NCBI GenBank assembly: GCA_963775685.1 | Contig: CAVZJV010000014.1 | Span: 2,112,001-2,176,000, forward strand | Origin: Candidatus Bathyarchaeota archaeon | GTDB lineage: Archaea; Thermoproteota; Bathyarchaeia; Bathyarchaeales; Bathycorpusculaceae | Reading direction: 5' to 3' | DNA: 64,000 bases | In this document: positions 20,601 through 31,084 of the stretch, one piece after another | Layout of the letters: each line of letters opens with the position of its first letter | How positions within the stretch are numbered: the first letter of the stretch is position 1 | Notes under the pieces: generated by a model | The model's input: the letters and a program-made list of their open reading frames with translations, nothing else | Told to the model about the DNA's origin: nothing | The model's database searches: none | Program-made: the position numbers and the translations under genes

Positions 20601-21554
20601 TTAATGAGGGGTTATTGGTTCTGCGGGGTTTTGGGTTTTAGATGATTTTAGAAGTTTGCGGGACATGTAGAATGCGATGCCGATCACGAGGAAGGTTACG
20701 ACTATAGGCACGTAAGAGGGCAAATTTATATGAAAACTTTCAATAAGCATAAACAACCCGAGGAATCCTATCGAAGTCAAAGCGCCATTCTTTAGATACT
20801 TGTACTTGGCGATTGCATCTATCCCTTTAATGGTTAATTCCCTAACGACTATAGCGCCGATTCCGATTCCAACTAATATGAGCAGAAGGTTTATGGTGAA
20901 GGCAAAGGCACCTATGACGCCGTCAAAACTGAAGGTTGTATCGAGTACTTCAAGGTAAACAAACTTTGAAAGGTCACTAAGTTCGCTTTTCCCTGAAGCC
21001 ATGTTCCGCTCGCTTTCTTCAGCGGTTTGTCTGAGACCGTACACTATAAAGAAAGTTGCGCTTCCTATAGCTGCTGCAAGCATTACCAAAGGGTTTGAGC
21101 GTGCTAAATACATAACAACTACAAGAAAGATGGCGACGAAAGCGAAGAACCAGACACCGTGTTTCTCCTTTAGGAACCTTTCAATGTAAAGAGGCTCTTT
21201 TTTTTCGAGAAATAACCAATGAAAGTATAGAAATAAGAGGAAAACCCCTCCGAACATGAGAATCAAAGGTTTCTGGAGTTCAATAGCTTGCGCGGCGACG
21301 TCGCTCCTTCCTAAGAAAGCCAGAAAAAGGTCAGGCGCGCTTAGGGTGGGAACAGAAATCCAAACTATAATTAGTGGCAATAGGAACCTTACCAAAAAAA
21401 CTGAGGTTATGATGCCAATCAAAAGGAATCTTTTGCGCCATAACACGCTCATTGTTTTTAATACGCTGGCGTTGACAATGGCGTTATCTACGCTGTTGAC
21501 GACTTCGAAGACCACCAAGCCCAGTACTATTGCCACTGACTCTGCTAATGACAA
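20601..21554 (-). CDS. DUF475 / TerC-like integral membrane protein
   Basis: EVVNSVDNAIVNASVL and YLEVLDTTFSFDGVIGAFA motifs; many TM helices. Confidence 0.88.
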   Translation of the reverse strand: MSLAESVAIVLGLVVFEVVNSVDNAIVNASVLKTMSVLWRKRFLLIGIITSVFLVRFLLPLIIVWISVPTLSAPDLFLAFLGRSDVAAQAIELQKPLILMFGGVFLLFLYFHWLFLEKKEPLYIERFLKEKHGVWFFAFVAIFLVVVMYLARSNPLVMLAAAIGSATFFIVYGLRQTAEESERNMASGKSELSDLSKFVYLEVLDTTFSFDGVIGAFAFTINLLLILVGIGIGAIVVRELTIKGIDAIAKYKYLKNGALTSIGFLGLFMLIESFHINLPSYVPIVVTFLVIGIAFYMSRKLLKSSKTQNPAEPITPH

Positions 21555-21683
21555 TTATAGAGCACGTCCAATCTTATGGTATCCCGTATAAAATCAAGTG
21601 TCTTATAAACAAACGCTTGCTTAAAGCAGCAAAAAACCAAATAACAATAAGGAAAGATTACAAAAAAGAAAAAATAGAGGAGC

Positions 21684-23333
21684 TTATTCCTCACCCATGC
21701 CGCCCGGCATTCCGCCTGGACCACCCGGACCGCCTTTTGGCGATTTGGATGTGATGACATCGTCTATTCTTAGTATCATGGCTGCTGACTCGGCTGCAGA
21801 TTTGATGGCTTGCTCTTTGACTACTATTGGTTCGATTACGCCGTTTTCGATGCTGTTTTGGAGTTTGCCTGTAAATACGTTGATTCCCATGTATTTTCCG
21901 TTGTCTTTATCGTGTACTTGTCGTAGTTCAACGAGTATGTCGATTGGCTCTAAGCCCGCGTTCTCTGCAAGTGTGCGTGGGATGACTTCAACTGCGTCTG
22001 CGAAGGCTTCAACTGCAAGTTGCTCGCGTCCACCGACTTTAGTTGCGTACTTGCGTAGTTCTTTGGCGATTTCGATTTCAACTGCGCCACCGCCTGCTAC
22101 GATTCTGTTGTTTTCTAAGACGTCTGAGACGACTGAGAGTGAATCGATCATGGCTCTTTCTGCTTCGTCAACCATTCGTTCTAAGCCTGCGCGGATAAGA
22201 ATTGCCACTGAGTGTGCATCTTTGCATTTCTCGACGAAAATCATCTTATCATCGCCGATCTTGCGTTCTTCAACGTGACCTGCCAATCCGAGGTCTGCTT
22301 TCTTGAGGTCATCAAGGTCGCTGACTATTCTTCCGCCTGTGGCTCTAGCGAGTTTCTCCATGTCGGATTCTTTAACGCGTCTTGCTGCCATTATGCCTGC
22401 TTTAGATAGAAAGTGTTGGACCATGTCGTCGATGCCTTTTTGGCAGAAGATTACGTCTGCGCCTGAGGCTTTGACTTTTGTAACCATGTCTTGCATCATG
22501 TCGGTTTCCTGATCTAGAAATGCTTTCATCTGTGAAGGGTCTTTGATGCGAATTTCAGCAGTGATTTCAGTTTTTTCGATTTCTAAAGCTGCATCTAAGA
22601 GAGCAATCTTGGCGTTTTCTTTCATTTTTGGCATCCCAGGGTTGACGACTTCTTTGTCTATTATTATGCCTTGGATTAATTGGGTTTCAAGGAGGCTTTT
22701 GCCTGTTTTCTTGATTAGTTGGATGTTGTCTATGTCAGCGATTGTTTTGTCTCCGCGTTTTTCAGCGATTTGTGACACTGCATCGATAGATATTTCTGCT
22801 AAGTGTTCTTTCGCTGAACCTAGTGATTTGCTGCTCATGGAAGTTAAGGCGACTTTGAGGAGTGTCTTACGGTCGTTAACGTCTAGTGGAACCGCCATTT
22901 TTCCAATGGCTTCGATTGCTTTCACTGATGCTTTTCGGTAACCGCTTACCAGAATTGTTGGGTGAATGTTTTGGTCGAGGAGTTCTTCGGCTTTTCTGAG
23001 TAATTCGCTTGCGAGAACGACTGCGGATGTGGTTCCATCGCCTACCATATCATCTTGGGTTTTGGCGATTTCAACCATCATTTTTGCTGCGGGGTGTTCT
23101 ACGTCGATTTCTTTGAGGATTGCTGCGCCGTCATTTGTTATGGTTATATCGCCTAGGCTGTCGATGAGCATTTTATCCATGCCTCGTGGTCCCAGCGTTG
23201 TTTTTAGAACTTCGCCGATTACTCGTGCGGCCATGATGTTGTTTCTTTGGGCTTCTTTGCCTCTGCTTCTTGTTGTTCCTTCTTTAAGGATAAGGACTGG
23301 TTGTCCTGAACCTGTTGTTGTTAAATACGCCAT
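21684..23333 (-). CDS. ths: Thermosome (group II chaperonin) subunit
   Basis: [30 protein letters not shown]; GGM tail. Confidence 0.98.
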   Translation of the reverse strand: MAYLTTTGSGQPVLILKEGTTRSRGKEAQRNNIMAARVIGEVLKTTLGPRGMDKMLIDSLGDITITNDGAAILKEIDVEHPAAKMMVEIAKTQDDMVGDGTTSAVVLASELLRKAEELLDQNIHPTILVSGYRKASVKAIEAIGKMAVPLDVNDRKTLLKVALTSMSSKSLGSAKEHLAEISIDAVSQIAEKRGDKTIADIDNIQLIKKTGKSLLETQLIQGIIIDKEVVNPGMPKMKENAKIALLDAALEIEKTEITAEIRIKDPSQMKAFLDQETDMMQDMVTKVKASGADVIFCQKGIDDMVQHFLSKAGIMAARRVKESDMEKLARATGGRIVSDLDDLKKADLGLAGHVEERKIGDDKMIFVEKCKDAHSVAILIRAGLERMVDEAERAMIDSLSVVSDVLENNRIVAGGGAVEIEIAKELRKYATKVGGREQLAVEAFADAVEVIPRTLAENAGLEPIDILVELRQVHDKDNGKYMGINVFTGKLQNSIENGVIEPIVVKEQAIKSAAESAAMILRIDDVITSKSPKGGPGGPGGMPGGMGEE

Positions 23334-23689
23334 ATTATCATTCCTACTTGTCGTAGAATCTTGTTTTATTTCGGATTATTGCAAAAATCAAACGTGCATA
23401 TAAACTTTAAGGCTTAGCGACGTATTTGCTGGTTTGTTTTGCTTTAGAAACAAGGAATTTGGCTGCTTAAGGGTTTTTTCTTTGGATCTGTATGGTCTTC
23501 ACTCTATTTTACAACTTTCGGATGCTTTTTTTCTTTAGGAGTTGTGGAAGAAAACTTGCTATAGTATCACTACAACCAACCGGAAAAGGAGCTTTTGCAG
23601 TTTCCGTTTCTGCATCAGATTTGGCGTACAAGGGGGGTGTGCACAGTAGCCTCAAGCAATCGCCGCACTTGTTAAATCAATGGTTACTT

Positions 23690-24300
23690 TAATTGTGGCG
23701 TTTTTTGAAATAAACAACTAAACCCACAACAACCACGCCTGCGGTCGCTGCTAAAACTGCGGCTGTTGCGGTTGGAAGAGGCTCAAGCATGGCCACACCA
23801 AAGGTAAATGAAGAAGTACCCATGTCACCAAACGTGTCGTAGCGTAACCATAATGCTGTGCAATCCGTCGGTAAAACTAACGATGATGCCCTTGCCAGTT
23901 AGGTTAGGTTTTGTTTTCCTTCCACGGTGTAAGTCTGTCAATTTACAGCATTATCAACGGTGAAAACTAAGGTACATCGCAGATGCGTGGTATGTCTGGG
24001 TCAGAGGTGACAGGATGGATATTTTTGGTGGGATAATCTGAACTGCATAAAAAGTGCTGTTGAAGGGCTTAATGAGTGAATCCCTGTCTTTATTCTACAG
24101 GTCTATACCTTAGAGAGGTTGAATATTCCTGATTTGCTCCTAACATCAACGTTGGGATATTTGTACATGTAATCCCCAATAGTTTCCACTATTAGGAAAA
24201 CTATAATCCCATATGTTAACAGAATTTGAGACCACGGCCGTGCAGTGCTGTTAATGAAATTATTATGGAAAATCGTGTTGAGACACTTCTATGGGCTGTA
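23690..24300 (-). pseudogene. Decayed cell-surface protein (NosD-like beta-helix tail, Ig-like domain, C-terminal TM anchor)
   Basis: Minus-strand fragments GNYW-DYMYKYPN, PPKISILSP, DGLHSIMV, DTFGDMG and intact EPLPTATAAVLAATAGVVVVGLVVYFKKRHN*, broken by stops and frameshifts; 5' limit approximate. Confidence 0.6.
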
Positions 24301-24437
24301 TTGGTGGTTTTCAATAAACTAAAATGTTATCCTGCAATATTCTGTGCCTGCAGAGCAACAAAAAAATAATCTGTCTATTAGAGTATTTTTACCATCGATT
24401 TTTAATATCAACATTGCAAAATAAGTCACCAGGTATC

Positions 24438-24923
24438 ATGTTGGAAGCGCCCCAAAAGAAAAAACCCAACCAAGTCTATGTAATTGCAATAGCCGCTGTG
24501 TTGACTGTGGCAGCTTTAAGTCTTTCCCTGTACGTCCTAACTTCCCCTGCTCCAATGGGTCCTGGTCAAGTCCAAATTGAAATCACAACCGACAAGCCCA
24601 CGTACATTCAAGGCGAACAAATTCACTTCTCAATCTATGTCAATAACACCTAAAAATGGAACGTTCCTCAACCATTCACTATCACCTTCCAAATAGGGAA
24701 TTACTCCTGCGAAACAATATGCATCGATTATGCATATCCTAACATAGCCTTCGCAGCACACACACGAACCCTCTTTGTCAATCACCAATGGAACCAGCAG
24801 ACAGGAACAGACAGCCAGACGTTTGTGGACCCGGGTTTCTACACACTCACCGTTACCTTGAGCGGACCAGTTGACTACGGCAACCCAGCCGCGTACACTT
24901 TTGAGATAAAACCATGCACCTAA
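24438..24923 (+). pseudogene. Membrane-anchored Ig-like protein with one in-frame TAA (24651-24653)
   Basis: N-terminal TM helix, TDKPTYIQGE; frame continues after the TAA as KWNVPQ...WNQ...DPGFYTLTVTL...EIKPCT*. Confidence 0.7.
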
Positions 24924-25005
24924 AGGTAATTCTAGGCACTAAATTTGGAGCACAAACAAAAGCAAAATTAACTTCCCACCACACTCCATTCCTCGGGACA
25001 CTCTC

Positions 25006-25533
25006 ATGATTGAAGGCTTCAACCTTATAGCAACCACCGCCCGCGGAAACGAACGCCCAATGATAAACGAAATCCTGTTCTTACTCAAGGATGAGTTAGG
25101 TGACGCCCAGGCACAGGCAACTAAAACCAAAATCCGCGGCTTAGTAGTTGCCAAAACCACGCTTGACCCATGCATAGTTATAGAGAAATTCCGTGCAATC
25201 CTAACTGAACGCCCATACGAATTCCGTTACGCCCTGAGAATTTTGCCAATCCAAAAGGTTGTGTCCACCGAATTGGAGGAAATAAAAAAAGCCGCGGCGG
25301 AAGTAGCCACAAAAATCGGCGAAAACGAAACCTTCAGGGTTACAGTCGAAAAACGTTTCACTTCTCTTCATACAAAAGACCTTATAGAGGCTGGAGCAGG
25401 AGACCTCAAACAAAAAGCAGACCTCGAAAACCCAGACAAAATCTTGCTTATAGAGGTTCTGGGGGCACTAACAGGTTTGTCTTTGCTAAAGCCCTTTGAG
25501 ATTATGGCTGTTGTTAAAGAAAAAATGCTTTAA
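25006..25533 (+). CDS. THUMP domain RNA-binding protein
   Basis: LRILPI, TFRVTVEKR, ADLENPDKILLIEVLG. Confidence 0.88.
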   Translation: MIEGFNLIATTARGNERPMINEILFLLKDELGDAQAQATKTKIRGLVVAKTTLDPCIVIEKFRAILTERPYEFRYALRILPIQKVVSTELEEIKKAAAEVATKIGENETFRVTVEKRFTSLHTKDLIEAGAGDLKQKADLENPDKILLIEVLGALTGLSLLKPFEIMAVVKEKML

Positions 25534-25534
25534 C

Positions 25535-26098
25535 CTAATATTGCGTCGCTAATAGCGCGACTTGCTCAATAACTAAGTCTGTAATTGCTTTGTTTGGGCT
25601 GCCGTTTTTTACAAGTTTTAATTCTTGGTCTGTAATTTCGAAGGCCTTTCTGATTTTAGCCTCTTTGATCTTTGTTAAGTTAAGGACTGCCTTATCTGGT
25701 TTGCCGTCAACGCATTCAGTTATGGCTTTAAGAGTTTCTTTTATTTTGTTTGGGTCGTCACTGATGATTGCGACCGCCATAGTTGTTGTTTGGGGTTTTA
25801 TTCCGGAGCGGTCAATGGCTTTCTGGATTTGACATTGAGCCGAAGCGTACAGCATTGTTTCCATGGCTGGGCTCTTTGAATAGTTGGTTTTGCTCTTGAA
25901 AGCTTGCAGGGCATTTAGGACGGCAAAGTATAGGTGTTCATGGGTGGAGATTAGTTGGGCGTCGAAGAACTGGACATTGAGGTTTTGATGGGTTTGTTTA
26001 CGGTTAGCCTTCAAGAATGCCTCTGCCTTATCAAATGTTACATTTCGGTACCCAGTAATTTCAACGTATTGTCCAAATTCTTTCATATACTGCGGCAT
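25535..26098 (-). CDS. cgi121: KEOPS complex subunit Cgi121
   Basis: QFFDA..HLYFAVLNA..ETMLYASAQCQIQKAI..G motif. Confidence 0.85.
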   Translation of the reverse strand: MPQYMKEFGQYVEITGYRNVTFDKAEAFLKANRKQTHQNLNVQFFDAQLISTHEHLYFAVLNALQAFKSKTNYSKSPAMETMLYASAQCQIQKAIDRSGIKPQTTTMAVAIISDDPNKIKETLKAITECVDGKPDKAVLNLTKIKEAKIRKAFEITDQELKLVKNGSPNKAITDLVIEQVALLATQY

Positions 26099-26110
26099 GC
26101 GAAGGCTCCT

Positions 26111-26695
26111 TTACTGCATGTTTTTTAGGAGTTTTTCAGTTAAATGGTTGGGCAAGCCTGCTTTTACGAGTTTTGCAACTTCGTGGTTCAATGCGCGTTT
26201 GCCCTCTCGTTTTTGGATTATTTTTCTTAGTGTTTCTTTTGTGTCCCAAGGGAAAACTACCCAACTATTTGTTTGTTTTTCGAAAAAGTCTGGGGCTGTT
26301 GTGGATTGGGGTTTTTGGTATAGGGTGGCTGTTTTGATTTCGAGTGCACCAAGGGTTTTAAGGTGGGTTTGAGCGAGTTTTAAACTCTCTCCAGTGTCGG
26401 CGATGTCGTCAACTAATAGCGCTTTTTTGCCTGTTACTGGTAGGGTCATGTTCTGTTTTATTGTGGGTTGTTGACTTGTTTGGTTGATGCCGGTGTAGAA
26501 CTTGATTTGGATAAACCCAAGTTCTTTGGTTTCCAGCAAATCTGTTAGAATGCGTGCAGGCACTAACCCGCCTCGTGCGATGCTTACGATGACATCGGGT
26601 TTGAAGTTGTGGATTTGGATCGTTTGGGCTTGGCAAAGAAGCATGTCGTAGATATGACTCCAAGTTGGAACTTCATAGTCGATGTTGGCAGCCAA
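26111..26695 (-). CDS. Type I phosphoribosyltransferase (purine PRT-like)
   Basis: IARGG, PRPP-binding LLVDDIADTGESL, WVVFPW. Confidence 0.9.
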   Translation of the reverse strand: MAANIDYEVPTWSHIYDMLLCQAQTIQIHNFKPDVIVSIARGGLVPARILTDLLETKELGFIQIKFYTGINQTSQQPTIKQNMTLPVTGKKALLVDDIADTGESLKLAQTHLKTLGALEIKTATLYQKPQSTTAPDFFEKQTNSWVVFPWDTKETLRKIIQKREGKRALNHEVAKLVKAGLPNHLTEKLLKNMQ

Positions 26696-27018
26696 AAGGT
26701 TTTCCTTCTTTGAATAGAAACTAGTTTTTTGGTTCTGTTAAGCCTTTCGATATAGCAAATTTGCCATGCAACTTAATTCAGATCTATTTTTTGGTATTTA
26801 GCTATTTGGTAGTTTTTTGTGCATGTGGTTTCATTTTTATGTTGCATTTTGTTGGAGGATGATTTGTTTTTGCTTGCTTGATTGCATGTTTATTAAGGTG
26901 TTTTTGCAATTGATTTTATTCGAGAGATAAGCGTCTGCAGATATGTGTCGCGTTTCGTAATATAGTTTAAATGTCTTGACGTCTTTTCCAATACTAACAA
27001 TGAAAGGAGATTTAAAAA

Positions 27019-27354
27019 ATGGTGAAGAATGTGGAAGAAGAGAAGATAAAGCGCATACTTACCGGGCCCAAGCTGGCTGCCATGAAATCAATGCTTGAAA
27101 AAGACCATGCTATCGACTGCTTGCTTCTGCTCCATGTCGGCCGCGGCAAATGGAAGGATGCAAAAGACTTCATGAAAGACAACAACTTAACCCTTAGCGA
27201 CGGAACCTTTAGGGCTAGAATGATTGAGATTGAATCCCTTGGGTTGGCTAAGAGTGAACGGATTGACCCACTCAAGAAGTACTATGTTAAGACTGAGCTT
27301 GGGGAAAAAGTAGCGCAGCTTCTTCTCGGTTTCTTTGACGAGCTTGGAGCTTAA
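27019..27354 (+). CDS. Winged helix-turn-helix protein
   Basis: LSDGTFRARMIEIESLGL..YYVKTELG wHTH pattern; GGAG upstream. Confidence 0.7.
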   Translation: MVKNVEEEKIKRILTGPKLAAMKSMLEKDHAIDCLLLLHVGRGKWKDAKDFMKDNNLTLSDGTFRARMIEIESLGLAKSERIDPLKKYYVKTELGEKVAQLLLGFFDELGA

Positions 27355-27532
27355 TTGGTTTTTTTAGCTTGGATGGCTTGGTGCCTTTTTTTTCTTTTTC
27401 TTTTGATTTTTATTTTTGGTCTTTATTTGTGGGTCTGTTCTACAGATCTTTGGTAGTGTGTAGTAAGACGTAATATTTAAAAGGCTGGATTTGTCGATAA
27501 GTAATACAAACCTACAAAAAGGTAAAAGAAAA

Positions 27533-27967
27533 ATGAACACATACCTAAGAAAAATAAAGAAAAACTCGAAAGCACTAAGCCCCGTAATCGCATCCATCAT
27601 CCTAATCGCCGTCACAGTCGCCGTCAGCGTCGTTGTTGCAGCCTGGATGGGGGGTATCTCTCTCGGATTCATGAACAACGCAGAACAAGTAACTTTATCA
27701 AACCCAGTGTTTACTGGCACTACTGTTACAGTAACAGCTAGAAATAGCGGAGCAGGGTCAGTTACCATACAATCAGGAACCGTAGATGGAGCCAACGCAG
27801 TACTATCAGTTCCAGTTACAGAACCCGTAGGAAGTTTAACCGTTGCTAAAGGCGCGACCCAAGACATCATTCTCACGGCTGGCACCTTTACATCAGGTGC
27901 ACAATACCAAATTCAACTGATCACTTCAAAGGGAACAACTATAGTCTTCACTGCAACTATGCCATAA
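27533..27967 (+). CDS. Archaeal type IV pilin (class III signal peptide)
   Basis: KKNSKA/LSPVIASIILIAVTVAV prepilin motif; beta-rich C-terminus. Confidence 0.9.
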   Translation: MNTYLRKIKKNSKALSPVIASIILIAVTVAVSVVVAAWMGGISLGFMNNAEQVTLSNPVFTGTTVTVTARNSGAGSVTIQSGTVDGANAVLSVPVTEPVGSLTVAKGATQDIILTAGTFTSGAQYQIQLITSKGTTIVFTATMP

Positions 27968-27997
27968 ACTTTCCAATCTTTAAAAATTTCGGGTTAA

Positions 27998-28036
27998 GGT
28001 GAAGAAAGCCTTCACCCAACTTTCCTCTTTCTCTTT
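27998..28036 (+). terminator. Hairpin plus pyrimidine tract after the pilin gene
   Basis: GGTGAAG-aaagc-CTTCACC followed by a T/C-rich run. Confidence 0.4.
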
Positions 28037-28060
28037 AGAAAAAATCAGGAGTCAAAAATC

Positions 28061-28486
28061 ATGGTTACACAAATCCGAGAATACACGTCCGCCCAAGCCA
28101 TAGCTGAAACAATGGATAAACAGCTGTCTGAAACCAAAAGCGTGTTGGGCGAGTATCTGCGCAAGCTCGATGAAATCCGCACATTAGCGGAGAAATCAAA
28201 GAAAGTTCGTGAAGTAGTCTTAAAGTTAGCAGGCAAAAAAGCCTCAACTGAGAACACCAGCGAAATCACCGTGGGAACCTTAAATATTGTTCTGGATGCC
28301 AGCCCCTTCCATGAGCTTGGCGCCATAGAATCCGTGGTGCGCAGCCATCAAGAGCGATTGTTGGTTTTACAGAAGGTACGTGAGGCGCTGAAATGGCTTG
28401 ACCAACTCGGCGATACAGACGGTCTCAAGTACCTTGTGGTGGAAGACGAAGGCATCCCAGAACGCATACTATTCAAAATATCTTAA
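28061..28486 (+). CDS. Coiled-coil hypothetical protein
   Basis: AGGAG SD; two long amphipathic helices with short beta strands. Confidence 0.7.
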   Translation: MVTQIREYTSAQAIAETMDKQLSETKSVLGEYLRKLDEIRTLAEKSKKVREVVLKLAGKKASTENTSEITVGTLNIVLDASPFHELGAIESVVRSHQERLLVLQKVREALKWLDQLGDTDGLKYLVVEDEGIPERILFKIS

Positions 28487-28506
28487 CACAACGGGGAGAA
28501 CAAACG

Positions 28507-29310
28507 GTGACGGTGACTGAGGCGCAAACTAACCCGATCCAAACGATAATAGACGAATTCAAAACCTTAAGCCCAGAAACCACTATGGTCCTGATTTTTA
28601 AAAACAATGGTCAAACTATAGCCAACACCCAGGCAACAACCGAAGACCAAACAAAGAATTTTATTCTCAGCTTCTGCAGCATCGCTCATCAGGCCCAAAC
28701 CATCGGCGGCATAGAAAGCCTAACTATCCAAGCAGCCAACAGTCAACTATGCATCACCAACATCGATAGCCTCTTTCTGGCGACGGTTTCTTCGCATGCA
28801 GTAAACCAAAAAATCCTAAAGTCCTTAACTCAGGTTGTGGTTCCAACAGTTGTTAAGCTTATTGACCAAACTGCTTCTCTTCCTCCAGAAAACCCGTTTC
28901 CCCAACCAGTTCAACTCGAAAAACCTCAGCTCGAAGAAACAAGCTTCCATCTTGAAGATGAACCAACCGTAGAACCTATCGCTGAACCTCAGCTACTCTG
29001 TGAACCGGTTCTTCCAACAACGCCCGTTAGCCAGTTCATGGTAGAAAAAATCGGAGGTATACTTAATCCATCTGACCTTGTGAGAATCGATCGAGAAATT
29101 ATAACGAAATGGATTGAACTCTATAACGGGGAACTAATCCAAATGGTAAACATTGAAACTTTAGATGGTAAAAAGACCACCTGCGAATTCAGAGCGATAA
29201 GAGACCCAAAATCCAACGCTAAAGGTATAATCCAAATTCCAGAAAAAATCCTCAGAACAATGCAAGCAGAAAATGGTCAGCTGGTTTTGGTTAAGCCAGT
29301 AATCGCATAA
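28507..29310 (+). CDS. Roadblock/LC7-like N-terminal domain, Pro/Glu linker and C-terminal beta-barrel-like domain
   Basis: alpha-beta-beta-alpha-beta-beta-beta-alpha pattern (LIFKNNGQTIA..IESLTIQA); P/E-rich linker; GIIQIPEKI..VLVKP. Confidence 0.55.
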   Translation: MTVTEAQTNPIQTIIDEFKTLSPETTMVLIFKNNGQTIANTQATTEDQTKNFILSFCSIAHQAQTIGGIESLTIQAANSQLCITNIDSLFLATVSSHAVNQKILKSLTQVVVPTVVKLIDQTASLPPENPFPQPVQLEKPQLEETSFHLEDEPTVEPIAEPQLLCEPVLPTTPVSQFMVEKIGGILNPSDLVRIDREIITKWIELYNGELIQMVNIETLDGKKTTCEFRAIRDPKSNAKGIIQIPEKILRTMQAENGQLVLVKPVIA

Positions 29311-29326
29311 AGTGAGGTTATGATCT

Positions 29327-29728
29327 TTGAAGCAAAAAATAACCATCGAACCCTCAACTGAACTAAATGATGGCGCCGCTGTTATTTCTGTTGGAGACAA
29401 CGACTCTGTTTTTGCAAAATTAGCTACCAGTTTAGCTGAAATACGCAAACTCAAAGGCATCAATGGCTATATTCTAAGAAGTAGCACCTCCGCCATAATA
29501 GACCTAAATGATCAAGACAAAATAATCGAGTATGCACTTTTATCGTCTCAAATCTCTGAGTCAAGCTGCGAAATAGCAAAACAATTCAGCTTGGCAAATA
29601 TTGAGAGCGTGATAGTTGAGGGCAAAAACGTAAAAGCGCTTTGCATGAGCATCGGCGAAAACAAAATCGACGTTTTTATGGAGAAAACCGTCACCCATGT
29701 ATTGATAATAAAAAGAATCCTGCTATAG
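29327..29728 (+). CDS. Roadblock/LC7-like domain protein
   Basis: LAEIRKLKGINGYILR..IESVIVEG..IDVFMEK roadblock pattern; GAGGT SD. Confidence 0.65.
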   Translation: MKQKITIEPSTELNDGAAVISVGDNDSVFAKLATSLAEIRKLKGINGYILRSSTSAIIDLNDQDKIIEYALLSSQISESSCEIAKQFSLANIESVIVEGKNVKALCMSIGENKIDVFMEKTVTHVLIIKRILL

Positions 29729-29808
29729 AACTTTTCAGATATTTTGGGTCTATTCTTTATTTGCCGATAGCCGTAACATATTGTAACCTTTATTCGCTCA
29801 AACTGTCT

Positions 29809-30120
29809 TCAACTAATATGTGGCAGCATTGACCGTTTTGTCTGTTTTCCTGCATCCATGAAGTCGGTTAAAGTAAGGTTTTCGAATGGAAGTTCAGCAG
29901 TCAGTGCCAAAACAAAAGACGGATGTTTCTCTAAAGACACCTGTAACACGTACTTTGTTTTAACAAAGGATAAGGCTGTGGTTGCTCTTTCAGGCGTCAT
30001 TTCTTGGAGCGTTGCGAAATAATCGATGGTGCGCCATGGAGGCGAGCTAGTCGCCTGCGGCGAATCCTGGAAAAAACTCATCTGCCTGGAATGTTCAGGG
30101 CAAACATTAGGCTGAGCCAT
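29809..30120 (-). CDS. Hypothetical protein (uncertain)
   Basis: 103-aa ORF in an otherwise empty interval; no motif recognised. Confidence 0.25.
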   Translation of the reverse strand: MAQPNVCPEHSRQMSFFQDSPQATSSPPWRTIDYFATLQEMTPERATTALSFVKTKYVLQVSLEKHPSFVLALTAELPFENLTLTDFMDAGKQTKRSMLPHIS

Positions 30121-30264
30121 TTGTAGGTTTAGTTATTAATTTCTGAGGCATCTTGTTGTTCCCCTTGTATGGAAGCCAGTTACGTTATTCCCTTCCTTTT
30201 TAAGATGTTAACAAAACAACATAACGGGGCAGGGGAGGGTCAAATGATAGTGAAAAATATGCAT

Positions 30265-30489
30265 TTAGGCTTGATCTCGCCGAAGTTCTCTTTGTTGCCG
30301 CAAAAGTCCAGCCGCCAAAGTTGCTAAGAACATGATAGTGAAAACAATCACTGCAATACCTATCTTGTACATGAAATCCAGGTCAACGTAGAAGAGCACA
30401 AGAAAGAAAACAAGCATCAACGCTAAAACAAGCGCTTCCTGAACCCCACTAAAAACCTTCAGGTTCCCAAAACTCAATTTTACCCTCAC
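30265..30489 (-). CDS. Small two-TM membrane protein
   Basis: Two hydrophobic helices and a basic tail. Confidence 0.6.
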   Translation of the reverse strand: MRVKLSFGNLKVFSGVQEALVLALMLVFFLVLFYVDLDFMYKIGIAVIVFTIMFLATLAAGLLRQQRELRRDQA

Positions 30490-30631
30490 TATTTTCCATT
30501 CTCATGCACAGGCGTGCCATATTAATTTTCTGCTTCAAAATTGGAAATTGAAAATTGAGCAATAGACTATGAAAATTTAAGGAATTGATGAAAAATGGAA
30601 TAAAATAGAGGAAAATTTGGGTGATGATTGC

Positions 30632-31084
30632 TCAAACCTGGTCAATTGACAGTTCTTTAACTCGGCTTTCTATGAATTCTGCGACTTTCTGCTCGCTAAA
30701 GTTTCGTTCGGTCTCTTGTGCTTTAAGTTGTTCCTTCACGGTGTTTAGCAATTTTTCAATGTCCACGGGCTTTAGCAAGTATGCATCAGCGTCTTTGTTT
30801 AGTGCACTTATAGCGTTTTGCATTGAAGGGTAACCTGTTACCATTATTTTGCGTGTCTTTGGAACGCTGTCCTTCATTAGTTTTAAGAGTTCTATGCCTT
30901 CCATGTCTGGCAATCGAATGTCAAGCAATGCAACGTTGTAGTTTGTATTCTGTGTTTTCTGGATAGCTTCTTTTCCGGTGCCCGCTAAATCAACTATGTA
31001 TCCTTCGTCTTCAAGTATAGCTTTCATTGTTGTTCTGATGGTTTCATCATCGTCAACTACAAGAATTCGGGTATGTTTATCCAT
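30632..31084 (-). CDS. Response regulator (receiver domain)
   Basis: ILVVDDD, LLDIRLPDMEG, MVTG, LLKP; GGAGGTG SD. Confidence 0.95.
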   Translation of the reverse strand: MDKHTRILVVDDDETIRTTMKAILEDEGYIVDLAGTGKEAIQKTQNTNYNVALLDIRLPDMEGIELLKLMKDSVPKTRKIMVTGYPSMQNAISALNKDADAYLLKPVDIEKLLNTVKEQLKAQETERNFSEQKVAEFIESRVKELSIDQV

